Below the pieces are notes generated by a model that saw nothing but the letters and a program-made list of their open reading frames with translations, was not told the origin of the DNA and searched no databases. A program made the position numbers and the translations under genes. Shown one piece after another: positions 9,635 through 19,680 of a stretch of 64,000 nt of DNA; the first letter of the stretch is position 1, and each line of letters begins with the position of its first letter. This stretch comes from Melioribacter roseus (lineage in GTDB: Bacteria; Bacteroidota; Ignavibacteria; Ignavibacteriales; Melioribacteraceae). The stretch covers positions 1,368-65,367 of the forward strand of contig DYLN01000001.1 of the NCBI GenBank assembly GCA_020722085.1, in the 5' to 3' direction.

Positions 9635-9736
9635 AAACAAATCTTTCTTTCATTTCTTTTTAAGATTTTCTTTAATTTTTAGGTAAATTATCATTATTAT
9701 TTTGTACGGGTTTTAAAAAGATTTCGGAGCAGGATT

Positions 9737-10918
9737 TTGACAATCCAACTTATCAATATTTATTATCTCAATGTTTTTAAGAGGTACAGTACTAAATACA
9801 ATATTTTCCGTGATCTTTATGAAAAGGATCTGCTTGGATTGGAAATAAGAAAAATTAAATCAAAACTTGCTCAGAGGGTAAAAAAGATAATTCTTTCGAA
9901 CAAGGAAATTTGTTATACCGCCGACACAACTGAAGTCGAACATTCAGACCTTCTTGCACTTGGTTCAATCGGAATATTTAAGGAACTTGCTAAAGAAATT
10001 CTTTCGATTGGGAATGAAGATCTTGGGTTTAAAGTCTCGAAGACAATAAAAAACTTTACTGAATATGAGGAACAATCAATATCAGTCGGCAAAAATTTTT
10101 TCCCGTTGAAAAATGCACTTGTTATGGGAATTGTTAATGTCACACCCGATTCATTTTCTGATGGAGGCAAATATTTTAACAAAAAAAATGCTGTCGAGCA
10201 CGCTTTACAGTTATTAGACGAAGGCGCAGATATAATCGACATCGGCGGTGAATCTTCGCGCCCAGGTTCGGAACCTGTCAGCCAAGAAGAAGAATTAAGA
10301 AGAGTTATTCCGGTAATCGAAGGCGTTCTTGAAAAAAAGCCTGAAGCAATAATTTCAATTGATACTACAAAATCTGTCGTTGCTGATGAAGCATGTAAGT
10401 GCGGCGCTAAAATAATTAACGACATCAGTTCCTTCGGTTTCGACGAAAAAATTTTATCTACGGCAGTGAAGCATAATGCATGTCTAATTTTAATGCACAT
10501 GAAAGGTAAACCGAAAAATATGCAAGATAATCCTTTCTACGAAGATGTTGTTTCAGAAGTATATGATTACATGCTTTCCAAAGTAAACTCTGCAAAAAAA
10601 GAAGGTGTTAAAACTGTCTTTATCGATCCTGGCATCGGATTCGGAAAAAGAGTATTTGATAATTATGAATTAATAAAAAGATTGAATGAGTTCAAAGGCA
10701 TCGGTGCACCGATTGCAATTGGTCTTTCCAGAAAATCATTTATAGGCAAAGTTTTTGAGCTTGACGTTACAAAAAGGGAAGAACCTACACTTGCCGCCGA
10801 AACCATTGCAATCAAAAATGGTGCGAGACTAATACGAACTCACGATGTAAAGAAAGCACTAATCGCAAGCAGAATGAATAAATATATAGAAAACCCCGAG
10901 CAGCTTGAACGTGTTTGA
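9737..10918 (+). CDS. folP: dihydropteroate synthase with an N-terminal extension of about 125 aa
   Basis: 393 aa. DHPS core starts near MGIVNVTPDSFSDGG, then DIGGESSRPG and RTHDV. TTG start at 9737 is preceded by GGAG 7 nt upstream. Confidence 0.85.
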   Translation: MTIQLINIYYLNVFKRYSTKYNIFRDLYEKDLLGLEIRKIKSKLAQRVKKIILSNKEICYTADTTEVEHSDLLALGSIGIFKELAKEILSIGNEDLGFKVSKTIKNFTEYEEQSISVGKNFFPLKNALVMGIVNVTPDSFSDGGKYFNKKNAVEHALQLLDEGADIIDIGGESSRPGSEPVSQEEELRRVIPVIEGVLEKKPEAIISIDTTKSVVADEACKCGAKIINDISSFGFDEKILSTAVKHNACLILMHMKGKPKNMQDNPFYEDVVSEVYDYMLSKVNSAKKEGVKTVFIDPGIGFGKRVFDNYELIKRLNEFKGIGAPIAIGLSRKSFIGKVFELDVTKREEPTLAAETIAIKNGARLIRTHDVKKALIASRMNKYIENPEQLERV

Positions 10919-11732
10919 ACTTTTTAAAATAGGATTTATCTCGGTCTCTTTGTTAGATATTATCGATATTGCTTTAGTTACGTTCATATTTTATAAGCTT
11001 TATTCGGTAATACGTGGAACAATTGCTGCGCAGATTTTTTATGGTCTGGTGATAGTATTAATTCTTTCTTTCTTTGCTCAAGCGGCAAACTTTAAAGCAC
11101 TTGGATGGCTCCTAAAATTAATTTCAGATATCTGGGTAATTGCTTTTATAATATTATTCCAGCCGGAAATACGAAGGCTTCTCGTGCTCGTAGGAAGGAG
11201 TCCGTTTTTTAAAATGTTTATAAAAAGCGATGAAAGCGGATTAGCAGATGTTATAACAGAAACTGCTTTTGAGCTATCACAGCATCAGCATGGTGCTTTA
11301 ATTATAATTGTTAAGTCAGCAGGAATAAGAGGTGTATCGGAAACCGGTGAAATAATAAATGCAAGGGTGAGCAAAAGTTTACTGCGTTCGATTTTTTTTC
11401 CGCGTTCGCCTTTACACGATGGTGCCGTTATTATCCGTAATGATATGATTGAAGCAGCAAGATGCACTCTGCCTTTATCTTCAATTATGAATGTAGACGG
11501 CGTATCTTTAGGAATGAGACATCGTGCGGGTTTGGGAATCAGCGAACAGGCTGATGTTCTAAGCGTTATTGTCTCTGAAGAAACAGGAAGTATTTCTATT
11601 GCTGAGTCGGGTAGATTAAAAAGAGGTCTTTCAAAAGAAGCTCTTAGAAATTATTTATCAAACAGTTTGAAAGCCTCCGGCGAAAAAAGTTTAAGAGGCT
11701 TATTCGAGCAGGTGAATAAGGCAAAGACATAA
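10905..11732 (+). CDS. cdaA: diadenylate cyclase (c-di-AMP synthase), membrane-bound CdaA type
   Basis: 275 aa. Three N-terminal TM helices. DAC domain motifs HGALIII, PLHDGAVII, GMRHRAGLG. Overlaps the folP 3-prime end. Confidence 0.9.
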   Translation: MNVFELFKIGFISVSLLDIIDIALVTFIFYKLYSVIRGTIAAQIFYGLVIVLILSFFAQAANFKALGWLLKLISDIWVIAFIILFQPEIRRLLVLVGRSPFFKMFIKSDESGLADVITETAFELSQHQHGALIIIVKSAGIRGVSETGEIINARVSKSLLRSIFFPRSPLHDGAVIIRNDMIEAARCTLPLSSIMNVDGVSLGMRHRAGLGISEQADVLSVIVSEETGSISIAESGRLKRGLSKEALRNYLSNSLKASGEKSLRGLFEQVNKAKT

Positions 11733-11771
11733 ATACTTTAGTAGAATCATTAAAAACAAAGAGGTGACAAA

Positions 11772-12449
11772 ATGAAATTAAGATATTTTTCACACTCTGC
11801 ATTTCAAATCACAACGGATAACAAAATTTCGATCCTCATCGACCCGTTCCTTGAAGGAAACCCAAATGCCCCGGTGAAACAATCCGATATTACTGCCGAT
11901 TATATTATATTAAGCCACGCTCACGGAGATCATATAGGAGATGCATTTAAGATTGCAAAACGTTGTAACTCCACTTTTATTTGTGTGAACGAATTAGCAA
12001 ATTATTGCGCAGACAAAGGTTTTAAAGCACATAATATGCACATCGGAGGCAGTCATAAATTTGATTTTGGCAGAATCAAATTTACAATCGCTCATCATGG
12101 CTCGATGACACCCGATGGAACTTATGGCGGTGAGCCGGCAGGTATTCTGCTTTTTATCGAGGGTAAAACTATCTACCACTGCGGCGATACAGGTTTGTTT
12201 TATGATATGAAACTAATCGGCGAAATGAATCCGCTGGATTATATGCTTGTACCGATCGGCGACAATTTTACGATGGGAATTGACGATGCTGTTAAAGCAG
12301 TTGAACTAGCAAACCCGAAAACGGCAATACCAATGCACTACAATACATTCCCAGTTATTAATGCCGATCCTTATGAATTCAAAAAGAAGGTAGAAGCTGT
12401 TGGGAAGAATTGTATAGTGCTGAATTTTAATCAGGAAATTGAACTTTAG
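11772..12449 (+). CDS. metal-dependent hydrolase, MBL fold (UPF0173 family)
   Basis: 225 aa. ILSHAHGDHIGD metal-binding motif. Size and pattern match UPF0173. Confidence 0.8.
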   Translation: MKLRYFSHSAFQITTDNKISILIDPFLEGNPNAPVKQSDITADYIILSHAHGDHIGDAFKIAKRCNSTFICVNELANYCADKGFKAHNMHIGGSHKFDFGRIKFTIAHHGSMTPDGTYGGEPAGILLFIEGKTIYHCGDTGLFYDMKLIGEMNPLDYMLVPIGDNFTMGIDDAVKAVELANPKTAIPMHYNTFPVINADPYEFKKKVEAVGKNCIVLNFNQEIEL

Positions 12450-12461
12450 CTCTTTAAACGA

Positions 12462-13244
12462 ATGACAAAAAAAATAGTAATAGCTAATCAAAAAGGCGGG
12501 GTGGGGAAAACTACGACTGCAATAAATCTCTCTGCTTCAATTGCTGCTGCAGAATTTAAGACACTGTTGATAGATATTGATCCTCAGTCCAATTCTACAA
12601 GTGGAATTGGACTTGAGAGACCGGAAAAATCTATTTATGAAGTTCTGGTCGGTCTTGAAAATGCTGATAACTGTATTATTAAGTCGCACATGCCGTTTCT
12701 TGATATTCTGCCTGCAACTATAAACTTGGTCGGCGCTGAAGTAGAAATGGTAAATATGGAGGGAAGAGAATACCTTTTAAAAAATGCTCTGGGTTCTATT
12801 AATGATGAGTACGATTTTGTTTTTATCGATTGCCCGCCGTCACTTGGACTTCTTACTCTTAATGCACTCACATACGCCGATTCGGTTTTAATTCCGGTGC
12901 AGTGCGAATATTTTGCTTTGGAAGGCTTAGGTCAATTATTAAACACAATAAACATAGTAAAAAGAAATTCGAATCCTGATTTAACAATTGAGGGAGTATT
13001 ATTGACTATGTTTGACGTAAGACTTAGATTATCGCACCAGGTAGTAAGCGAAGTGAAAAAATATTTCGGACAAAAAGTGTTTGATACAGTAATTCACAGA
13101 AACATACGAATTACAGAAGCTCCCAGTTATGGCAAACCGGTCATTCTTTATGATGCAAGTTCAATCGGAGCTCAAAATTATATTTCTCTTGCATCGGAAC
13201 TAATTCAAAAGAATAATTTAGAACCAAAAGGAATTCAAAGTTGA
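12462..13244 (+). CDS. parA: chromosome partitioning ATPase ParA/Soj
   Basis: 260 aa. Deviant Walker [16 protein letters not shown]. ParA-family length. Confidence 0.9.
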   Translation: MTKKIVIANQKGGVGKTTTAINLSASIAAAEFKTLLIDIDPQSNSTSGIGLERPEKSIYEVLVGLENADNCIIKSHMPFLDILPATINLVGAEVEMVNMEGREYLLKNALGSINDEYDFVFIDCPPSLGLLTLNALTYADSVLIPVQCEYFALEGLGQLLNTINIVKRNSNPDLTIEGVLLTMFDVRLRLSHQVVSEVKKYFGQKVFDTVIHRNIRITEAPSYGKPVILYDASSIGAQNYISLASELIQKNNLEPKGIQS

Positions 13245-14188
13245 GTAAAATGAAACCCGGCTTAGGCAGAGGTCTTGATGCGTTGATCAATCCGCAGGCA
13301 AAAGATAAGTTCGATACTCCTATTGCTATTCCTAATAAAGAAATTCAATTCGACAACGGGAAATCAGTAGATTTTCTTGCAAAAATACCTGCTGATAAAA
13401 TTTCTCCGAATCCTTACCAGCCAAGAATAGAATTTGATCAGTCTGCTTTAGACGAATTAAAAAAATCGATCCTTGAGAATGGATTAATCCAGCCGATTAC
13501 AGTCCGAAGAAGTGACTCGAACAATTATGAATTAATTTCCGGAGAAAGACGATTAAGAGCATGCAAAGAGATTGGCTATAAAGAAATCCCGGCTTACATA
13601 ATTAAAGTAGATTCAAAAGAGACAATGCTTGCACTCTCTTTGATAGAGAATATTCAAAGAGAAAAATTAAACCCGATTGAAATTGCTAATGCCTATAAGA
13701 GACTAATGGATGAATGCAATCTCACGCAGGAAGAAATCGCATTAAGAGTAGGAAAAGAACGATCCACAATAACAAATACAATCCGTTTATTAAAGCTGCC
13801 TAAGGAAATTCAGCAGGCTCTAATTAAGGAAACAATTTCCCCCGGGCATGCAAGGGCATTAATAAATCTGCCGAATGAAACCATTCAAATTGAGTTAATG
13901 AATAAAATTATTAAAAAGAATCTTTCGGTCCGAAAAGTCGAAGAATTTGTTAGAACTTTTACGGAAAAAATTAATGAAACCAATAAAAATAAAAACAAAC
14001 GAAGTTCTAACCTTGCCGAACTGTCACAAAGATCGCTCGAAGAAAAACTGCAGCGTATTTTAGGAACTAAAGTAACCTGCATTCAGAATAAAAAGGGTGC
14101 CGGAAAAATCACAGTTCAGTTTTATTCAAATGATGAATTAGAACGATTGCTCGAACTATTTGAACTCATCGATAAAACATATAATTAG
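13241..14188 (+). CDS. parB: chromosome partitioning protein ParB/Spo0J
   Basis: 315 aa. [11 protein letters not shown] and [14 protein letters not shown] ParB-box motifs, plus an HTH region. TTG at 13241 or ATG at 13250. Confidence 0.9.
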   Translation: MSKMKPGLGRGLDALINPQAKDKFDTPIAIPNKEIQFDNGKSVDFLAKIPADKISPNPYQPRIEFDQSALDELKKSILENGLIQPITVRRSDSNNYELISGERRLRACKEIGYKEIPAYIIKVDSKETMLALSLIENIQREKLNPIEIANAYKRLMDECNLTQEEIALRVGKERSTITNTIRLLKLPKEIQQALIKETISPGHARALINLPNETIQIELMNKIIKKNLSVRKVEEFVRTFTEKINETNKNKNKRSSNLAELSQRSLEEKLQRILGTKVTCIQNKKGAGKITVQFYSNDELERLLELFELIDKTYN

Positions 14189-14690
14189 AATATTGATTTT
14201 CCTTTTGGCGTTTATCACTATTAACTATTCACAGACGGAACAATCAACCAATCAAACCGTCCCAAATGACACGGCAGTTTTTGTAATGAAAAAATCTGCA
14301 TGGGGCGCTGTTCTTCGCAGCGCAATAGTTCCGGGTTTAGGACAATTTTACACCGAGAATTACTTGAAAATTCCTGTTATTTGGGGTTTCCTTGGTTATT
14401 TTGCTTATGAGTGGTCTTATAGCAACGACTTATATAACCAATACAAGAAGCTTTATCTGGAAAGCCTAAAAACTAGTTCGACTGGTGATGCACGTTATTA
14501 TAGGCTAAGAGAAGGTTATAAAGATCAGAGAGACCTATTTGCGATTTATATTGGTCTAACATATTTTCTAAACTTAGTAGATGCATACGTCGATGCACAA
14601 CTTTTTGATTTTGATGTTTCAAGTGATGCGGCTACTCAACAATTTAATTTTTCTATTAAAATGAATTTTAACAGCATAATTAATAGATGA
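14160..14690 (+). CDS. DUF5683-family protein
   Basis: 176 aa. SAIVPGLGQFY motif. Location directly after parB, as in many Bacteroidetes-group genomes. Confidence 0.6.
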   Translation: MNSSIKHIIRILIFLLAFITINYSQTEQSTNQTVPNDTAVFVMKKSAWGAVLRSAIVPGLGQFYTENYLKIPVIWGFLGYFAYEWSYSNDLYNQYKKLYLESLKTSSTGDARYYRLREGYKDQRDLFAIYIGLTYFLNLVDAYVDAQLFDFDVSSDAATQQFNFSIKMNFNSIINR

Positions 14691-15385
14691 AGCATATTTT
14701 AGTGTGTAATAACTGCGGGGGAGAGAATCCTTTTTACAGATTAACATGTAAAAAATGCAATTCATTTCTAAGAGCACGTATTCCCAATATTGACCTTTTC
14801 CAAACTATCGCTGGGATATTTGAATCCCCGGTTAAAACATTCGATAGTATTATACAAGCAGATCATAAAAATTTTGTTATCTGGCTTACATTAATAATGA
14901 GCATAAAATTTATGCTGGTTTCATTTCAGGTAAAAAATGCATTGTTTAACAAAGGTTATTCCGAAATTTTACTGTTTACAAATGTGGTTACTTTTATCAT
15001 AATTTTTTCGGCTATTGTAACAGTGGCAGCATTGGTAATTACATTATTAAATAATGCTTTGGGATTAAAAACAAGATTCAAGGATAATTATTCATTATAT
15101 ATTTATTCGTTTATACCGCAGATGCTTGCTGCCGTTATTTTATTCCCAGTAGAGTTTGCATTGTATAGAGAGTACTGGTTCACATTTAATCCTTCACCGC
15201 TGATTATTAAGCCTACCGTTACTTATCTTTTGTCTATTATTGAAGGAATAATGCTTGTATGGAGTCTGATACTTTTTATTTTTGCAACATATTCGCAAAG
15301 TAGAAGTAAAATTTATTCTATTATTACTGGACTTATAATGAGCATAGGTTATTTGTTGGCGGTTCTGTATGCACCATTCTTCTAA
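14687..15385 (+). CDS. zinc-ribbon plus Yip1-like multi-pass membrane protein
   Basis: 232 aa. N-terminal CNNCG...CKKC ribbon followed by about five hydrophobic helices. Confidence 0.5.
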   Translation: MKHILVCNNCGGENPFYRLTCKKCNSFLRARIPNIDLFQTIAGIFESPVKTFDSIIQADHKNFVIWLTLIMSIKFMLVSFQVKNALFNKGYSEILLFTNVVTFIIIFSAIVTVAALVITLLNNALGLKTRFKDNYSLYIYSFIPQMLAAVILFPVEFALYREYWFTFNPSPLIIKPTVTYLLSIIEGIMLVWSLILFIFATYSQSRSKIYSIITGLIMSIGYLLAVLYAPFF

Positions 15386-16311
15386 TTTAATTTTACTCCC
15401 ATAATGTACCTGATAATTGCACCGTACCTTAATCCTTTTGCACTTACTGTTAATTCCTCCGTGTTTAATAAGTCCATTAAACATTTAAGAATAATTGTAC
15501 CGCTTAAAAGAACATCTTCTCTTCCAGAAACCACGTTGCCAAATCGTTTTTTTACCTGTTCAGGAGACATCATTTTGAGTATTTCTATCATTTTAATCAA
15601 ATCATGTTTCGTTAATTTTGAACCTTCTACTTTTTCTTCCGAATATACTTTAAGATTTTGTTTAATACAGGAAAGTGTGGTAGGAGTGCCGGCAATTGCA
15701 ATTGTATGATAATTTCTATTTGATTGGTAAAGTTTATATGAAAAAACTTCCTTAACATAGTTTTCAATCAAAACCAAATTTGGATTTAACGATAAAAATT
15801 CTTTTTGAAATTTTTCAGTTAAAGTAACAACTCCAACGTTGAAGCTGTTTTTATAAATTATTTTTTTACTGTCACCAAATATAAGTTCGGTGCTGCCTCC
15901 GCCTATGTCAATTACTCTGCAAAGATTATTGGCATAGAAGGGAAATGCTGCCCCCAAAAAAGAAAGAGCTGCCTCTTCTTCGCCGGTAACAATTTTAAGT
16001 TCCCAGCCAAAAAGTTCTCTAATTTTTCGGGAAATAATATGCGAGTTTCTAGCATTTCTTAAAGAATAAGTACCAACAACCAATGTCTTATTGCAGCTAA
16101 ACTTGCTGATGATTTCCCGGTACTCTTCAAGAACGTTCATAAGTCTGTAAATTGCCTCATCGGATATAACTCTGTTATAATCAATTCCTGCTCCTATTCT
16201 GGGTGAACGGTAATAGTTTTGAATTGGGAGAAGTAAGTTATTATCCTTCTTTACTTTGGCAATTAAAAGAAGGACGGTGTTGGAACCAATATCAATTGAA
16301 GCAACAGTCAT
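15382..16311 (-). CDS. Ppx/GppA-family phosphatase (exopolyphosphatase-like)
   Basis: 309 aa. ASIDIGSNTVLLL and IDIGGGSTELI ASKHA-fold phosphate motifs. Confidence 0.85.
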   Translation of the reverse strand: MTVASIDIGSNTVLLLIAKVKKDNNLLLPIQNYYRSPRIGAGIDYNRVISDEAIYRLMNVLEEYREIISKFSCNKTLVVGTYSLRNARNSHIISRKIRELFGWELKIVTGEEEAALSFLGAAFPFYANNLCRVIDIGGGSTELIFGDSKKIIYKNSFNVGVVTLTEKFQKEFLSLNPNLVLIENYVKEVFSYKLYQSNRNYHTIAIAGTPTTLSCIKQNLKVYSEEKVEGSKLTKHDLIKMIEILKMMSPEQVKKRFGNVVSGREDVLLSGTIILKCLMDLLNTEELTVSAKGLRYGAIIRYIMGVKLN

Positions 16312-16346
16312 AAATTTTTCATATTTTTTCGAAAAACAAATTTAAC

Positions 16347-16862
16347 ATGAACAACTTAAATAAACCTGCCAAATATTTTTTATTCTTAACCGTGCTTTTC
16401 TTTTGCCTTTGGCTCGGGGGATACGTCGGTAGACAATTAACCGTGTTTCGTTTATTTGAACCGGAAAACATGGCGTTAAAAAGTATGTATAATGAAGTGG
16501 GATTAACACAAGTAATTAACATCCTTTTGCCGGTAATTACATATAATTTAATTATGTACCCAGCATTTATTTTATCTCTAATATTATTTCTTATAACATC
16601 TCATATAAACCTTAAAAAAGAAGGCTGGTTATTTATTTCTGTTACAATTATTTTTATTACACTTCCTTTTGAAGTTTATTTATCCACTTTAGACTATGAA
16701 CTTGTATCAAAAATATTGACCGGCAGCTTTAATTCAGACAAAATTGTAAAGATATTAAGGGAAAGAATAACGATATTAGGCAGTTTTCCCTTAATTGAAA
16801 CCTTTGCCTACTTTGCGATTATAGGTTTATTTTTATTTAAGCCATTAAGAAAAGTTCAATGA
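16347..16862 (+). CDS. hypothetical integral membrane protein
   Basis: 171 aa, four to five hydrophobic helices. No recognisable motif. Confidence 0.45.
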   Translation: MNNLNKPAKYFLFLTVLFFCLWLGGYVGRQLTVFRLFEPENMALKSMYNEVGLTQVINILLPVITYNLIMYPAFILSLILFLITSHINLKKEGWLFISVTIIFITLPFEVYLSTLDYELVSKILTGSFNSDKIVKILRERITILGSFPLIETFAYFAIIGLFLFKPLRKVQ

Positions 16863-17131
16863 AAATAAAAGAAAAAGAATTTGAAAATATTCTGCTGGAT
16901 CTAAAATCGCTTGCAAAAGAAATGGGAGCAACTGTTAGGTTTGAGCGGGGAGATTTTAAGGGTGGATATTGTATCATAAAAGAAAATAAAGTAATAGTAA
17001 TAAATAAATTAAGTAACCTGCAAAGAAAAATAATGACTCTTGCCGCAGCATTAAATGAACTTGGGGTGGATAAGATTTATCTGCCACCTAAACTTCGAGA
17101 AATTATAGAAGAAATGGATGATAACAGATGA
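16859..17131 (+). CDS. hypothetical small soluble protein
   Basis: 90 aa. ATGA-type overlaps with both neighbours (membrane protein and aroQ). No motif recognised. Confidence 0.45.
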   Translation: MKIKEKEFENILLDLKSLAKEMGATVRFERGDFKGGYCIIKENKVIVINKLSNLQRKIMTLAAALNELGVDKIYLPPKLREIIEEMDDNR

Positions 17132-17553
17132 AAATATTGGTAATTAACGGACCCAACCTCAATTTTTTAAATAGAAGAGATACTTCTGTTTACGGCGATC
17201 TTAGCTTAGACGAGATTGAAAAAAATCTGCGTTTAGAGTTCCCAGAAGATTACTTTGAGTTTATGCAAAGTAATACAGAAGGTGAAATTATAAATGCCAT
17301 ACAGAAATCAGAAGCCAATTTTAATGGAATAATAATAAACCCCGGAGGATACGCACACACATCTGTAGCAATAAGAGATGCGCTGGAAATTTGTAAATTG
17401 CCCAAAATTGAAGTACATCTTTCAAATTTATCATCACGTGAAGACTTTAGACAGACGTTGTTAACAGCTTCTAAATGCAATGGTTATATCTCAGGCTTTC
17501 AAATAAATAGTTATCTTGCTGCTGTTTTTCTGCTGAAGCGATTAACAAAGTAG
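17128..17553 (+). CDS. aroQ: type II 3-dehydroquinate dehydratase
   Basis: 141 aa. ILVINGPNLNFLNRRDTSVYG and INPGGYAHTSVAIRDA motifs. Confidence 0.93.
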   Translation: MKILVINGPNLNFLNRRDTSVYGDLSLDEIEKNLRLEFPEDYFEFMQSNTEGEIINAIQKSEANFNGIIINPGGYAHTSVAIRDALEICKLPKIEVHLSNLSSREDFRQTLLTASKCNGYISGFQINSYLAAVFLLKRLTK

Positions 17554-17633
17554 CGGTTTATGCTGACGTTAGAGGTTATATGCTGAATCTATCATTTAAG
17601 TGTAATTGAAATCTTGCTTATATTGAAAACAAT

Positions 17634-17651
17634 ACTTAATTTTTATTAAGT
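17634..17651. promoter_or_regulatory. perfect 7-bp inverted repeat ACTTAAT-N4-ATTAAGT, candidate operator upstream of the MerR-like gene
   Basis: Read directly from the sequence. Lies 19 nt upstream of ATG 17670, downstream of a TTGAAA hexamer at 17623-17628. MerR-type regulators usually bind promoter palindromes. Confidence 0.3.
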
Positions 17652-17669
17652 AACAAACGAGATAACATT

Positions 17670-18044
17670 ATGAAAGACTTTGGGTTAAAGAAATTATATT
17701 ACTCTATAAGTGAAGTAAGCAAATTAACCGGTCTTGAACAATATATCCTTCGTTATTGGGAAACCGAGTTTGACCAGCTAAAGCCTGGGAAAAACAGGGC
17801 GGGTAACCGGATTTACACAAATAAAGATATTAAGTTAATTCTGCAGATAAAGAAACTCCTGCGTGAAGAAAAATATACAATAGAAGGTGCAAAAAAAATA
17901 TTAAATAGTTCTGCAAGTGAAGCAGCTTTTGAATTTAAAAACACCGAGAATTTAAAAGAGCAGAAAATTTTTGAACATAGTTCTTTAAAAAGTGATTTAG
18001 AAGAAGTAAAAAACTTTTTGATTGAATTAAAATCTCTTATTTAA
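17670..18044 (+). CDS. MerR-family HTH transcriptional regulator
   Basis: 124 aa. N-terminal YYSISEVSKLTGLEQYILRYWETEF...GNRIYT winged-HTH pattern of the MerR family. Confidence 0.8.
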   Translation: MKDFGLKKLYYSISEVSKLTGLEQYILRYWETEFDQLKPGKNRAGNRIYTNKDIKLILQIKKLLREEKYTIEGAKKILNSSASEAAFEFKNTENLKEQKIFEHSSLKSDLEEVKNFLIELKSLI

Positions 18045-18045
18045 T

Positions 18046-18122
<77 letters not shown>

Positions 18123-18126
18123 TGTA

Positions 18127-18156
18127 AAAGGCACATTGGGATATGTGCCTTTTTTA
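18127..18156 (+). terminator. rho-independent terminator after tRNA-Pro
   Basis: GGCACAT (18130-18136) pairs with ATGTGCC (18143-18149), followed by a T run at 18150-18155. Confidence 0.75.
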
Positions 18157-18192
18157 TTTTATTTTCACTTCCTAAAAAAATCATGCTATCTT

Positions 18193-19665
18193 ATGAGTTT
18201 TGACAAACCTAAATGCAATTGCGGTGTTTTTGGTGTTACCGGCTCGCAGAATGCCTCTGTGATTACCTATTATGGACTTCATGCATTACAACACAGGGGA
18301 CAAGAAGCTGCAGGTATTGTTTCAATACACAAAAACGAAAAAGGCAAAAATGTTTTTGCTCTTCATAAAAACTTGGGACTGGTATCTGAAGTTTTCTCGG
18401 ACGGCTCGTTGTTTGAAAAAAAGTTAATTGGAGATTCTGCAATTGGTCATAACCGTTATTCAACAACAGGTGCAGCCGACTCAATAAAAAATATTCAGCC
18501 GTTCGTTGTGAATTATCGTATGGGTAATCTGTCAATTGCTCATAACGGAAACTTAACAAATGCCAAAGAGTTGAGAGAACAGCTTGTAAAAGAAGGTGCA
18601 ATATTTCAGACTACCAGCGATACTGAGGTTATTCTCCATCTGATTGCCCGCAGCAAACTCGAAAATCAGATTGACCAGATAAAAGAAGCTTTCCGTCAGA
18701 TTAAAGGTGCATACAGTATTGTAATCTTAACTGATGATAAATTAATTGGTGTGAGGGATAAAAACGGGTTCCGTCCACTTTGTATCGGGAAATTAAATGG
18801 TTCATATATTATTACATCCGAAACCTGTGCCCTAGATATTAACGCCGCAAAATACGTTCGTGATGTTGAACCTGGGGAAATGGTTGTAATTGAAAAAAGC
18901 TCAGATGGGCTGCAGTTAAAGTCATTTAATATTTCTGAAGAAGAAATTCAAATAAAACACTGTGTGTTCGAATATATTTATTTTTCACGGCCCGACAGCC
19001 GAATATTCGGTTCCAATGTTGACAAACTAAGGAGAAAATTAGGAAAAACATTAGCAGAAAAACATCCGGTAAAAGATCCTGACGGTGAAAAAGTAATTGT
19101 TATAAGTGTGCCGGATAGTTCTAATACAGCAGCTTTAGGTTATCAAACACAGCTCACAAAAATGGGTATCCCTTCAAGATTGGAAATCGGGTTGATACGA
19201 AGCCATTATATAGGAAGAACATTTATTCTGCCTGGACAAAAGCAAAGGGAAATAGGAGTAAGAATAAAATTTAATACTGTTAAAGGAGTATTGGAAAACA
19301 ATACCGTCGTATTGGTTGATGATTCAATTGTGAGAGGAACTACATCCAGGCAGCTTGTCCGGCTCCTAAAAGAAGCAAACCCTAAATCGATTCATATTAG
19401 AATTTCTTCACCTCCAATTGTAAGTCCGTGTTATTACGGAATGGATTTTCCGTCTAAAGAAGAACTCATTGCGTATAAGTATAAAAGCAACATTGAAGAA
19501 ATACGCAAGTATTTAGAGGTTGACAGTTTAAGTTACTTAACTATAGATGAAATGCTCGAAGCTATGATTGACCATAAACCCGAGCATTTCTGTACGGCAT
19601 GTTTTTCGGGGAACTATCCTGTTCCGGTTTCTATGGGTATTTCAAAAGAAGCATACGAAGACTAA
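18193..19665 (+). CDS. purF: amidophosphoribosyltransferase
   Basis: Short propeptide, then the CGVFGV catalytic Cys. DTEVILHL and VDDSIVRGTT PRPP motif. C-terminal Cys residues. The track start 18136 lies inside the upstream terminator, so ATG 18193 (MSFDKPKCNCGVFGV) is preferred. Confidence 0.93.
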   Translation: MSFDKPKCNCGVFGVTGSQNASVITYYGLHALQHRGQEAAGIVSIHKNEKGKNVFALHKNLGLVSEVFSDGSLFEKKLIGDSAIGHNRYSTTGAADSIKNIQPFVVNYRMGNLSIAHNGNLTNAKELREQLVKEGAIFQTTSDTEVILHLIARSKLENQIDQIKEAFRQIKGAYSIVILTDDKLIGVRDKNGFRPLCIGKLNGSYIITSETCALDINAAKYVRDVEPGEMVVIEKSSDGLQLKSFNISEEEIQIKHCVFEYIYFSRPDSRIFGSNVDKLRRKLGKTLAEKHPVKDPDGEKVIVISVPDSSNTAALGYQTQLTKMGIPSRLEIGLIRSHYIGRTFILPGQKQREIGVRIKFNTVKGVLENNTVVLVDDSIVRGTTSRQLVRLLKEANPKSIHIRISSPPIVSPCYYGMDFPSKEELIAYKYKSNIEEIRKYLEVDSLSYLTIDEMLEAMIDHKPEHFCTACFSGNYPVPVSMGISKEAYED

Positions 19666-19680
19666 TTTTTTACCACGCTT

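Noticed and set aside
9913-10500. 195-aa ORF antisense to folP, and similar 100-112-aa antisense ORFs at 878-1192, 18263-18601, 20215-20535, 22619-22957, 33110-33418, 38836-39150 and 40683-41003
   Set aside because: Each lies entirely inside a confidently identified gene on the opposite strand. Each has Ser/Leu/Ile-rich low-complexity composition and no recognisable motif. These are typical shadow ORFs.
17434-17441. TCACGTGA palindrome resembling the core of a parS site
   Set aside because: The flanking bases do not match the 16-bp parS consensus TGTTNCACGTGAAACA, and it lies inside aroQ. By eye I found no convincing parS near parAB.
18136-18192. N-terminal 19 codons of the track's long purF ORF (MGYVPFLFYFHFLKKSCYL)
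   Set aside because: This stretch overlaps the tRNA-Pro terminator hairpin and T-run. ATG 18193 gives the normal short propeptide before the catalytic Cys (…CGVFGV).
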